Assembly: GCA_028867335.1 (NCBI GenBank)
Contig: JAGWGN010000001.1
Span: forward strand, 22,910-86,909
Source of the DNA: Candidatus Micrarchaeota archaeon
GTDB taxonomy: Archaea; Micrarchaeota; Micrarchaeia; Micrarchaeales; CABMGC01
Direction: 5' to 3'
Length of the DNA: 64,000 bases
Made by a program: the position numbers and the translations under genes. The notes beneath the pieces are model-generated. The model saw nothing but the letters and a program-made list of their open reading frames with translations. It had not been told where the DNA came from and ran no database searches. Positions 1-7,622 of this stretch are shown here, piece after piece; positions within the stretch are counted from its first letter, which is position 1, and every line of letters begins with the position of its first letter.

Positions 1-783
1 GATCTCCTTCTTCCCCAAAAGCCAAAAGACTGCGGCGTCGGCACCGGCGTCTATTGCGGCCTCCGCCGCGATGCTTGCGTGGGTTGTCGCAGGGCCGTAG
101 AGGAGCAGATGGCTGCCAACTATCTCCTTTGTCGCGGCGCATACCTCATTGAGCGATTCTAGCCTGCTAAATGCCGACACGCGCGGGCCGAATTTCTCAA
201 GGAACTGCGAATATCCCATTCCGCTGCTATGAAGCAGCTCTGAGATCTGCTTGAACGTCAGAGCATGCATGTTGTGGAAGTTTGCGGAATCCGCGACGAT
301 CCCGTTTAGCAGGGCAATCGACGCATCAACGCCTATCTTCATCCCCAGGCTGGAGAGGATCTGACAGATTAGGCTTGAGGTGGAGTTGTACCCAGGGTCG
401 CTGAAGACCATCGGCTTGCTCTCGTCGGTCTTGCCGAGCTCGTGGTGGTCAATGAAGAGAACCTGCTTCTTCATCTTCTTTATTGCTCCGGAAAAGTTTC
501 CTGCCGCCTCGGGAACGCTTGCGTCGACCACGATGATCCCGAATATGTCCTTTGGAACCTTGCCGATGATCTTCGGGGGGCTAGAGAGGCTCTCGATGAC
601 CCTCTTTGAGCTGTTGGTTATCAGATCAGGCATCGCGATTACGGAGTTTGAGAGATATGATTGGAGGGCGATTGCAGAACCGATGCTGTCGCGGTCGCCT
701 ATGGAATGGAAAGTTATGAGGAACTTTTCCTCCTTGTTAAGTATCAGAAAATTCAGCAGTTCGTTGAAGCTAATCTTCATCAT
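1..783 (-). CDS. DHH-family phosphoesterase (NrnA/RecJ-like), C-terminus runs off the window start
   Basis: My own translation of the minus strand from the ATG at 783 gives MMKISFNELLNFL...HSIGDRDSIGSA (DxD motif)...VLFIDHHE (DHH motif). The frame stays open to position 1. It is missing from the ORF track because it is truncated by the window edge. Confidence 0.7.
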   Translation of the reverse strand, partial: MMKISFNELLNFLILNKEEKFLITFHSIGDRDSIGSAIALQSYLSNSVIAMPDLITNSSKRVIESLSSPPKIIGKVPKDIFGIIVVDASVPEAAGNFSGAIKKMKKQVLFIDHHELGKTDESKPMVFSDPGYNSTSSLICQILSSLGMKIGVDASIALLNGIVADSANFHNMHALTFKQISELLHSSGMGYSQFLEKFGPRVSAFSRLESLNEVCAATKEIVGSHLLLYGPATTHASIAAEAAIDAGADAAVFWLLGKKEI

Positions 784-789
784 CAAATT

Positions 790-1149
790 TCACTGTTGCA
801 TCTTGCTAGATAGCGCCGTGATCTCCTCCCTGAGCCTCTTCTCCTTCGCCTTGAGCTCGTTGAGCTGCTTGGTCGTGGACTGCATCCTTACCTCTCCGGA
901 ATCCTTCTTCTCATCGATATTCTTGAGTGCGGTCTCCTTGCTCGTCTCGACTATCACGCCGCCTATGGTTACGTACACCTTGCCTGTCGCCTTTGCGATC
1001 TCCTCCTTGGCGCTGTCCAGCTCGCTTTTTTGGACGGACAGCTGGTCGACCTGCATGGAGTAGGCACGGATCTGCTCCTGGATCATCTGGTAGTCCCTTA
1101 GTATCTTCTCCACGTCCTGCGGCGAGGGTGTTGTAGCTGAATCTGCCAT
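790..1149 (-). CDS. pfdB: prefoldin beta subunit
   Basis: About 119 aa with coiled-coil / beta-hairpin / coiled-coil layout (ILRDYQMIQEQIRAYSMQVDQL...GKVYVTIGGVIVETSKE...LNELKAKEKRLREEI). The likely start is the ATG at 1149 (MADSATT); the ORF track extends to 1161. Confidence 0.8.
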   Translation of the reverse strand: MADSATTPSPQDVEKILRDYQMIQEQIRAYSMQVDQLSVQKSELDSAKEEIAKATGKVYVTIGGVIVETSKETALKNIDEKKDSGEVRMQSTTKQLNELKAKEKRLREEITALSSKMQQ

Positions 1150-1195
1150 AATATCACGCAATTATTGGGAGGGAAAGCAATATACTTCTATCCCA

Positions 1196-1429
1196 TCAGC
1201 CGCGGCCTGACTCCTCAGCGGTGATCTCGTCGACCTTCACATCCGAGGAGTCGGTGTCCTTGAAGAGGTCCTTGACCAGGTTCTCTATGCCGAACTTCAT
1301 CAGCTTGGCCTGGTACTTGGAGAGGAAGACCTTGTGGCCCGCCACGTCCTTTATTATGACCGCGCCGCTATCATCGACCGTGACAAAGATGGTCTCCTTG
1401 GAATCATGAACTTTGTAGTACTTTGGCAT
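1196..1429 (-). CDS. hypothetical small protein
   Basis: ORF with no antisense competitor. The ATG at 1429 (MPKYYKVHD...) overlaps the 3' end of the upstream gene. No recognisable motif. Confidence 0.45.
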   Translation of the reverse strand: MPKYYKVHDSKETIFVTVDDSGAVIIKDVAGHKVFLSKYQAKLMKFGIENLVKDLFKDTDSSDVKVDEITAEESGRG

Positions 1430-1790
1430 TTCCCTCACTGCATTCTATCTCTTTGGCGTATTCCTTCCTTTCCGATATCGCACCATCCTTGTCATAGAGG
1501 TAAAGCGTCACCTTAAGCGTGTAGGTGCTTGGATAGACCTCATTGCTTGCGTAAATCTTGACCCTTTTCTCCCGCGGCTGCGCTTTCTGCAGTATGCCTA
1601 TCAGGCTCTTGGCGGTGAGCAGGCTCTTATCCGGTGCAAGGGATAGGGGGTGTGGGACCTCGTAGACACACTCCACCCAGTAGGGCTCTGCATCTAAAGT
1701 GGCGACGGAGAGCTTTAGCTCAATTTCGTTGTACGTAAACGCTCTTAGCCTATCGGAATTTAGCGCTAAAGCGACGGTTATTTCTGGCAT
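1404..1790 (-). CDS. hypothetical protein
   Basis: 128-aa ORF with normal composition and a TATA-like CGATAAATTTATT upstream on the minus strand. No family recognised. Confidence 0.5.
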   Translation of the reverse strand: MPEITVALALNSDRLRAFTYNEIELKLSVATLDAEPYWVECVYEVPHPLSLAPDKSLLTAKSLIGILQKAQPREKRVKIYASNEVYPSTYTLKVTLYLYDKDGAISERKEYAKEIECSEGNAKVLQSS

Positions 1791-1834
1791 AGCTTGTAGT
1801 ATGGAGTATAGGATAATAAATTTATCGACAGGGA

Positions 1835-2341
1835 TTATCCCTGGGCGGACCTGACGTTTTCCGTGAGGATCTTGAGCGCCTCGGATTTGATCTCGTTGAT
1901 TTTATCGTCTGTCAGGCCCGGGCCGTTGAAATAAGGCGGCGCTTTTATCAGAGGATACACTTTCCTGGTGAACAGCTTCCTGAGTTTGGTCGCGATCTCC
2001 GGACTTATGGCATCAGGTTCGTCTCCAAAGACTTTCGCGGAGTGCGTTATTTTAAGGTGCGCGACCAGTTTTTCCGTGGTTATTCTGCCGAACTCTTTTA
2101 TTTGGTTGTGCACTGCCCAATCTGGGAGCTTGATGGGGGCGTTGCTGGTAACCTCAAGCACCTTATACTGCGCCATTGAGAATTTAGACGCTATTATCTC
2201 GGCTTCTTTTTCTAGAAAAGGGGCAAGGTCCTGTGGGCGCCTTGCGAGCCCCTTAAGCTTTGACGCCTTACTATTTGCCTCCGACCTTATCAGCATTGTT
2301 TCTCCAGGAGGTATCGGCTTTACTCTGGTCGCGGGGTCCAT
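1835..2341 (-). CDS. hypothetical protein
   Basis: 168-aa ORF with TATA CTTTATAAATACC about 35 nt upstream on the minus strand. No family recognised. Confidence 0.55.
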   Translation of the reverse strand: MDPATRVKPIPPGETMLIRSEANSKASKLKGLARRPQDLAPFLEKEAEIIASKFSMAQYKVLEVTSNAPIKLPDWAVHNQIKEFGRITTEKLVAHLKITHSAKVFGDEPDAISPEIATKLRKLFTRKVYPLIKAPPYFNGPGLTDDKINEIKSEALKILTENVRSAQG

Positions 2342-2600
2342 CTTGTCGCCTTTAACAAGTATTCTTTATAGGGTATTTATAAAGATTTTCTACGAATCCG
2401 TTTTGTGTATTTATTCATCAATTTTGGCAACTTTTTACACAGAAATCTTCTTTTTTACACAGAATTTTTCTGTGCCCGCTTTTTCTTTCAAAATTTTGAG
2501 GGGTGAGAAAATAGAATTCGGAAACTATATGGAAATTTTAATGTATCTATCTATGATAACTGGATTTTTGTTATTATTATTCGAATTACACCTAATATGA

Positions 2601-3749
2601 TTACAATGTAGGGAATGAAGGTATCTGTAATGAATGATAAACAAAAACTTGTAGAATAAATAATATCAAAACCAAAATGATAAATGCTATAGTAATAATA
2701 TTCGTTAGTCTTAATGTGCGAAATTCTCTTCCCATTCTATTAAGTGTAAAACCTTTATTAATATCATAGAGTTTATTTGTATCGAATTCCTTAGTGTGTC
2801 CCTCCCTAAGATTCTGGTAAGTTTCTTTTAATTTATGATAATTATTTAAAAATAATTGGGGTTGTGATAAATTGGTAAGAGCGATTTGAGTTTCATCAAA
2901 AACCTTAGAAAATTTATTAAAATCCTCCCCATTTGCCGACCTAATAAATCTATCAAATGTTGCTAAATTATTAACAAATTCTCTAACTCCAAATTTTTCC
3001 TCGATTGTTAATCCATTCAATTTTAAACTTCTAATAAAAAGTTTAGTGAGCCATAAATCTATCTGTATTTTATTTCTTTTCGGAATAGGGATAAATTCTG
3101 TTTTCTCACGTCTGAAAGTTTTGCCAGCTTCTATGCCTTCAGTAATAAATATGCTAAGCATCTTTTCAGTGGATAATGAATAATAAAGTCTTGAAAAAAG
3201 ATAAAAACCGATAAACATAAAACTAACCGTTCCAGCGAAAAAGAAAATACCATATAAAAGATCTAAAATAAGAAAAATGAGTGGAGTTTGATGATACAAA
3301 TTAGGATAATAAGAATAAATTATGGGTATAATCCACACTATTGCAAATGATAATATGGTAAGGAAAAATAACGGAATGGCTTTATAGTAAGACAGACGCC
3401 AGTTTTCACAATATCTTATTTCATCTTCAACAGGAACTGAATCCCTAAATCTCGGTAAATTTTTATAAATCTGATGAAAATGTTCAAAAGAAAAGTATCT
3501 TTTGAGTTCGATATTATTTTCCTTTTTAAAAAGGAAGTATGCTATTCTCAGTGCTACTATCCCTAAAACAAACATAACTATTAATTCGTAGACAAATCCC
3601 CAAAATATGCCTCCATTTTCTATTATCCCCCCAAGAACAAATATGCCATCTGAAAGATAGATTAAGTAAATTATGAATAAAGATAAAATCGAAATTGCCA
3701 TTATTAGAAGGAAAATTCCGAAAAACCATTCCCAAGTCACATTTTTCAT
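2601..3749 (-). CDS. multi-pass membrane protein of unknown function (passenger gene downstream of the transposase)
   Basis: 382 aa. It has N-terminal and central hydrophobic helices, a ~150-aa soluble charged region and a C-terminal TM helix. It is very AT-rich and starts 23 bp downstream of the transposase stop on the same strand. Confidence 0.6.
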   Translation of the reverse strand: MKNVTWEWFFGIFLLIMAISILSLFIIYLIYLSDGIFVLGGIIENGGIFWGFVYELIVMFVLGIVALRIAYFLFKKENNIELKRYFSFEHFHQIYKNLPRFRDSVPVEDEIRYCENWRLSYYKAIPLFFLTILSFAIVWIIPIIYSYYPNLYHQTPLIFLILDLLYGIFFFAGTVSFMFIGFYLFSRLYYSLSTEKMLSIFITEGIEAGKTFRREKTEFIPIPKRNKIQIDLWLTKLFIRSLKLNGLTIEEKFGVREFVNNLATFDRFIRSANGEDFNKFSKVFDETQIALTNLSQPQLFLNNYHKLKETYQNLREGHTKEFDTNKLYDINKGFTLNRMGREFRTLRLTNIITIAFIILVLILFILQVFVYHSLQIPSFPTL

Positions 3750-3772
3750 GATATTAATATCGTATAAAATAA

Positions 3773-4930
3773 CTAAAAACTTTGGTTTGTCTCATTATTT
3801 ACGACTACAATATTATGGCACAAAACCTTCAGCAACAACTCGTTAATCTGTGCTGTCTTTGTCTTGCTCTTTAGCATATCGCTAAACTTTGCCTTCAACA
3901 TAAAAAACGTGCTTTCCACATTACTTCTCTTGTGGTAATGCGCCATAAAATCCTCTCTATTTAGCATAAAGTAGTGATACATCTTCTTCCACGCAATACT
4001 ACCCACTGAGGACTTGACGGCGTTTCTTTTGAAAGGTATGAAGGGAATCCCTCCAACCTCTCTTACTTTTGTTAGGTTATCACGTGAGCTATACGCCAAA
4101 TCCGCAGATACTTCAGATATGTTGAACCCATTCTCTGAAGTCATCTTAACAAGTGGGATAAATTGCTGGCTATCGCTTGAGTATCCCTCGTTAACTTCTA
4201 CTGCCGTTATGATATTGGTCTTAACGCCAGTCATTATGTGGCATTTAATCCAATTGTGCTTTTTGATTAGGTTATGCTTCATCTTGCAATATTCTGAAAA
4301 CTTTGTAGTTCTAAATCCACTACTATCAATCGCAAAGTCCTTTTCTACTGCTTTCATAGGCAAAGCAGTAATTTGGATCAACTTACTAAGAATAGGTGTT
4401 AGTTCCTCTTTCTGCATAAAGTGTCCAACAGAAGCAAAACAGGGAGTATGCTCAACATATCCCTTTTCCTTTGCCGTCCTCAAATCACTCATAAATCGCC
4501 TTAGCGAGAACTGAGTATAAACCTTCAGAGCAGAGGCAAAAAGCAAGTCTTTATTAGCTATCTTAGGACGACCTTTGCAATTTGGCTGTTCTTCTGCCTC
4601 TTCGCACAGGTCATTAAGCATTTTCATAAAGCTGTCTTTCTCATTGATTTGACACTTATCATAGGTAGCCCAAGTTTGCTGATACGTCATACGTTTGCTC
4701 TGTGTGCCCTGTGGCGTTTCTATCTCTGCCTTAAGCATATACCTTACAGCGTAGGCGTGTTTGCAGGTGGTCTTGTGCAACTGACTATCGGCGCAATCAC
4801 AAACAAACTCTTGATTTACAAGATACTTCTTTCGCCCATCTGTTTGTGAAGGCACAATCCAACCAAACTTGTCTTTCTGTATCTGCAAAGTCTTCGCAAT
4901 TTCATATCCTTTTTCTTGTCTTCGTTCCAT
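3773..4930 (-). CDS. IS4/IS5-superfamily DDE transposase with N-terminal SWIM-type zinc finger
   Basis: The sequence CDCADSQLHKTTCKHAYAV fits a SWIM finger (CxC..CxH). DDE candidates are FAIDSSGF and SADLAYSS. The sequence YHKRSNVESTFFMLK fits the Y-2-R-3-E-6-K (YREK) signature of IS4/IS5 transposases. Confidence 0.85.
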   Translation of the reverse strand: MERRQEKGYEIAKTLQIQKDKFGWIVPSQTDGRKKYLVNQEFVCDCADSQLHKTTCKHAYAVRYMLKAEIETPQGTQSKRMTYQQTWATYDKCQINEKDSFMKMLNDLCEEAEEQPNCKGRPKIANKDLLFASALKVYTQFSLRRFMSDLRTAKEKGYVEHTPCFASVGHFMQKEELTPILSKLIQITALPMKAVEKDFAIDSSGFRTTKFSEYCKMKHNLIKKHNWIKCHIMTGVKTNIITAVEVNEGYSSDSQQFIPLVKMTSENGFNISEVSADLAYSSRDNLTKVREVGGIPFIPFKRNAVKSSVGSIAWKKMYHYFMLNREDFMAHYHKRSNVESTFFMLKAKFSDMLKSKTKTAQINELLLKVLCHNIVVVNNETNQSF

Positions 4931-4948
4931 TTTATCCCTTTATTCATC

Positions 4949-5013
4949 ATACGTATAGTATGTATTATGAATAAGCAGATATATAAAGGTATAGGTATAA
5001 TACGTATAGTATG
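4949..5013. promoter_or_regulatory. two 14-bp direct repeats ATACGTATAGTATG (each containing the palindrome ATACGTAT), 51 bp apart, in the divergent transposase/RHH intergenic region
   Basis: Exact copies lie at 4949-4962 and 5000-5013. The second copy overlaps the RHH start codon. This layout is typical of an operator for a ribbon-helix-helix repressor. Confidence 0.4.
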
Positions 5014-5175
5014 GGAAAGGCAAAGAAGATAGAGAAGGAAACGGCAATACCTAAGACAATAACGCTTATGCCAAAACACCAACGTTTTATCGAGGCAAAG
5101 AGCATTAATCTATCTCGTTTCGTTCAGAAAGCATTAGACGATGAGATAGAAGCGCAGGGTTGGAGAGAGGAATAA
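5011..5175 (+). CDS. small ribbon-helix-helix (CopG/Arc-like) DNA-binding protein
   Basis: My own translation (54 aa, below the track cutoff) is MGKAKKIEKETAIPKTITLMPKHQRFIEAKSINLSRFVQKALDDEIEAQGWREE. It has a beta-strand (TITLMP) followed by two helices. Its stop is 1 nt before the next ATG. Confidence 0.55.
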   Translation: MGKAKKIEKETAIPKTITLMPKHQRFIEAKSINLSRFVQKALDDEIEAQGWREE

Positions 5176-5176
5176 T

Positions 5177-5377
5177 ATGTGCAATAGTTGTGCTACTGGA
5201 AAAATGAAAGTTGGATGGCTATCTACACATTATGAAGAAGGTAAAATTTGCGAATGTAAATGTGCACCTAATCATATAATAAAAAAGATGGAAACTTATT
5301 ACGCAACAGACTCTGAAAAATCTTCGAAAGAAGAAGTTTTAGTATGTCTTAGTTGTAAACACCACTTAAGGATATAA
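5177..5377 (+). CDS. Cys-rich zinc-ribbon-like small protein
   Basis: 66 aa with CNSC...CECKC...CLSCKHH cysteine pairs. It is translationally coupled to the RHH gene. Confidence 0.5.
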   Translation: MCNSCATGKMKVGWLSTHYEEGKICECKCAPNHIIKKMETYYATDSEKSSKEEVLVCLSCKHHLRI

Positions 5378-5517
5378 TTTTACACAACAAGGCGATTAAA
5401 TACACAAAATGAAGTTAATACACAAAGCTCTACGAATCGTTTCCATCGTAGAATCAGGGATATAAGGGATTTATATAATTTAACGGAACTACAAGATAGA
5501 AATTGCACTGTGACTCC

Positions 5518-5982
5518 ATGGAATTAAACGAGGCCTCACTTATAGAGTCGGAGATAATGCTCAGAAAGTTGCGGCTTACAAACGAGGTGCTGGAGACCCG
5601 CCGCTCGATAGCGAGATGGCTTGCGCTCTCGCTTGGGATAATAAACCCGGGGGAGTCGAGGCTCAGCGCGGTCGCTGTGCTTGACGCCATGATAAACTTC
5701 CAGTTCGTGAAGGGGACCGACCCCGCATACGCGGACCTTGAAAAGTACATCAACGACAACTGGGAGGCCATGAACGAAAAGACTCTTAGATATCACCTTT
5801 TAAAATTGAAGAATATGGGACTGATAGAGAACAGCAAGGGCAAGTTCTACTTCAAGCCCCCGAGCTTCGGGGACCGCTTTGACGCGAACGCGTGGGCATC
5901 GAAGCTCTTCGAGGAGGAGCACAAGCAGATAGCGGTGAAGATCAGCGAGGCGATCAGGGAGCTAAAGAATAAGCAGCAGTGA
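5518..5982 (+). CDS. putative winged-helix DNA-binding protein
   Basis: The ATG at 5518 lies ~30-40 nt downstream of TATA GGATTTATATAATTT. The sequence TLRYHLLKLKNMGLIENSKGKFYF resembles a wHTH recognition helix plus wing. The stop overlaps the start of the next gene. Confidence 0.5.
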   Translation: MELNEASLIESEIMLRKLRLTNEVLETRRSIARWLALSLGIINPGESRLSAVAVLDAMINFQFVKGTDPAYADLEKYINDNWEAMNEKTLRYHLLKLKNMGLIENSKGKFYFKPPSFGDRFDANAWASKLFEEEHKQIAVKISEAIRELKNKQQ

Positions 5983-7622
5983 TTTTTATGAACAAGGAAT
6001 GGATTTTCTGGGCAGTGCTTGTGGCGGTGATAGCGATAGGGGCGCTCTACTTCAAGTTCTACAGCACCCAGACGATCTCGATGTTCGTCTCGATAAATGG
6101 CAGCGCGGCGGCTGGCACCACTTACCCGTTCGAGAAGGTCATCCTTCCGGTAACAGTGCAGAACACCGGAAGCGGGGCGATAACCAACCTCGTCTTCGAC
6201 GTTAAGAATAACGGCAACTCGAGCGTCGCATACCAGCTCAGCATACCTGCCGGTAAAAGCGTCACGCTCCAGTACAATTTTACTCCTTCGAAGGCTGGAA
6301 CCTACAACATCTCGGTTGTTGCGGACCCTGCGCAGGTGTACAACATAGCCGACAGGCAGAACTCGATGAACGCTACAGCAGTGGTGATTGCAAACTCCTC
6401 TGCGGGCGCGGCTTACTCGCTCATACCTCGAGGAAACTTCTCCGATTACAGCCAAAACAACTACGGAAGGGGGGGATTCGTAGCGTCAAGCTTCCTCTTC
6501 GGGTCGTATGGCCTTGATGCGTTTGCGCCTGTCGGGAACAGGGACACGTTCGTGACATCGCTGCTCAACATCACCCAGCTTTACATAAGGAATGTCTCTG
6601 TGGCGTCAGCTTCCTACAGGAACGGGACCTCCTCGTACTCGGTTTGGATACAGGGGTACCTGAGCCCGAGCGTCATGGGCGTGGCGGCATCCGGAAGGGG
6701 ATACAAGGTCTCAAACTACACGATAAATGGAACGGCGGTGACTGTCGCCAACATGACAAACACGACGACGCTCTGCAGCTGGTATCAGGGAGGCTGGATA
6801 AAGAGCGTGGTGTATAGCAGCGCAAGCGGCACATGCCTTGGAATATACAAGGGCTCGATAAGGACCCTAAACAAATCGCCAGCGTACGGGAACGCGACAT
6901 ATTTTGCGAAAGTGAACCCCCTAAACAGCACTCTGCTCGGAAATTTCAGCGGCAAGTTCAACGGAAAGATCTTCTACTCTACGCTTCTGCAGAACGGGGC
7001 GACTTTCGTCGCGCCGCAGATCTCAATAAACAGCTCCGAGGATTCCAGGTGCCTGGGTGTTATAAGCAGGCAGAATGGGACAAGCTTCTGCAGCGTCTTT
7101 GTTGTCCCGCTCAACGGCTTCATAACGGGGATTGCTCTGATAAGGACGACAGCTTACATAGGGAACTACAACCTCAGCGTCTACACCCTTGTGAACAACA
7201 GCCGCGTGTTCCAGTCAATACCTACCGCGTTCTCGATAATAAACAAGTTCAACATCAGCGGAACCTCTGCAAGCTTCAGCTCCGGATTTAGCAACACGTG
7301 CCAGTTCAACTTGAGCTTCCCGTGCAGCAACGCTAATTTCTACAACGGGACCCTTGTGCTTCGGGTAACAAACAAGCTAAACCAGAGCCTGCACCTCAAC
7401 TCACTTAGCTGCTACTCAATGGGCAACCCGGTGCCAACAAAGCTAAACCAGAGCCTGCCGGCTCTTGGTTCTATGAACCTCTCAGCAAGCTGCTATAGCC
7501 TAGGGAAGCCGCTTGGTGGGATACCGCTTAACCTGCAGCTAAGCCTGCGCCTAAACTACACGGCCGCCAACGTCACCAAGACAGTTGCAGGGAATGCTAC
7601 GATCAACATCTTCTCTTCTTGA
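5979..7622 (+). CDS. membrane-anchored extracellular protein, CARDB-like N-terminal domain, extremely rich in N-glycosylation sequons
   Basis: It has an N-terminal TM/signal anchor (WIFWAVLVAVIAIGALYF). The segment ITNLVFDVKNNGNSSVAYQLSIPAGKSVTLQYNFTPSKAGTYNISVVADP is CARDB-like. I count about 30 N-x-S/T sequons by eye. Confidence 0.6.
   Translation: MIFMNKEWIFWAVLVAVIAIGALYFKFYSTQTISMFVSINGSAAAGTTYPFEKVILPVTVQNTGSGAITNLVFDVKNNGNSSVAYQLSIPAGKSVTLQYNFTPSKAGTYNISVVADPAQVYNIADRQNSMNATAVVIANSSAGAAYSLIPRGNFSDYSQNNYGRGGFVASSFLFGSYGLDAFAPVGNRDTFVTSLLNITQLYIRNVSVASASYRNGTSSYSVWIQGYLSPSVMGVAASGRGYKVSNYTINGTAVTVANMTNTTTLCSWYQGGWIKSVVYSSASGTCLGIYKGSIRTLNKSPAYGNATYFAKVNPLNSTLLGNFSGKFNGKIFYSTLLQNGATFVAPQISINSSEDSRCLGVISRQNGTSFCSVFVVPLNGFITGIALIRTTAYIGNYNLSVYTLVNNSRVFQSIPTAFSIINKFNISGTSASFSSGFSNTCQFNLSFPCSNANFYNGTLVLRVTNKLNQSLHLNSLSCYSMGNPVPTKLNQSLPALGSMNLSASCYSLGKPLGGIPLNLQLSLRLNYTAANVTKTVAGNATINIFSS

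Larger units (their letters stand above)
2389..5438 (-). mobile_element. ~3 kb AT-rich insertion (IS/transposon-like) bounded by a 10-bp direct repeat and imperfect terminal inverted repeats
   Basis: TCTACGAATC occurs at 2389-2398 and 5429-5438. Directly inside these, cgTTTTGTGTATTta (from 2399) matches the reverse complement of ttAATACACAAAgc (ending 5428), sharing the core TTTGTGTATT. A second inward copy, TAAATACACAAAA, lies at 5397-5409. Subterminal TTTT(T)ACACA repeats lie at 2432, 2452 and 5378. The interior is visibly AT-rich and carries a DDE transposase. Confidence 0.55.

Noticed and set aside
380-1063. A 227-aa plus-strand ORF, with a nested 927-1136 ORF.
   Set aside because: Its composition is low-complexity and Ser/Leu/Phe-rich. 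It lies entirely antisense to the well-supported DHH phosphoesterase and prefoldin beta genes.
4816-5082. An 88-aa minus-strand ORF spanning the transposase start and the RHH gene.
   Set aside because: It overlaps two better-supported genes and their divergent promoter/operator region. Its composition is Cys/Leu/Arg-rich.
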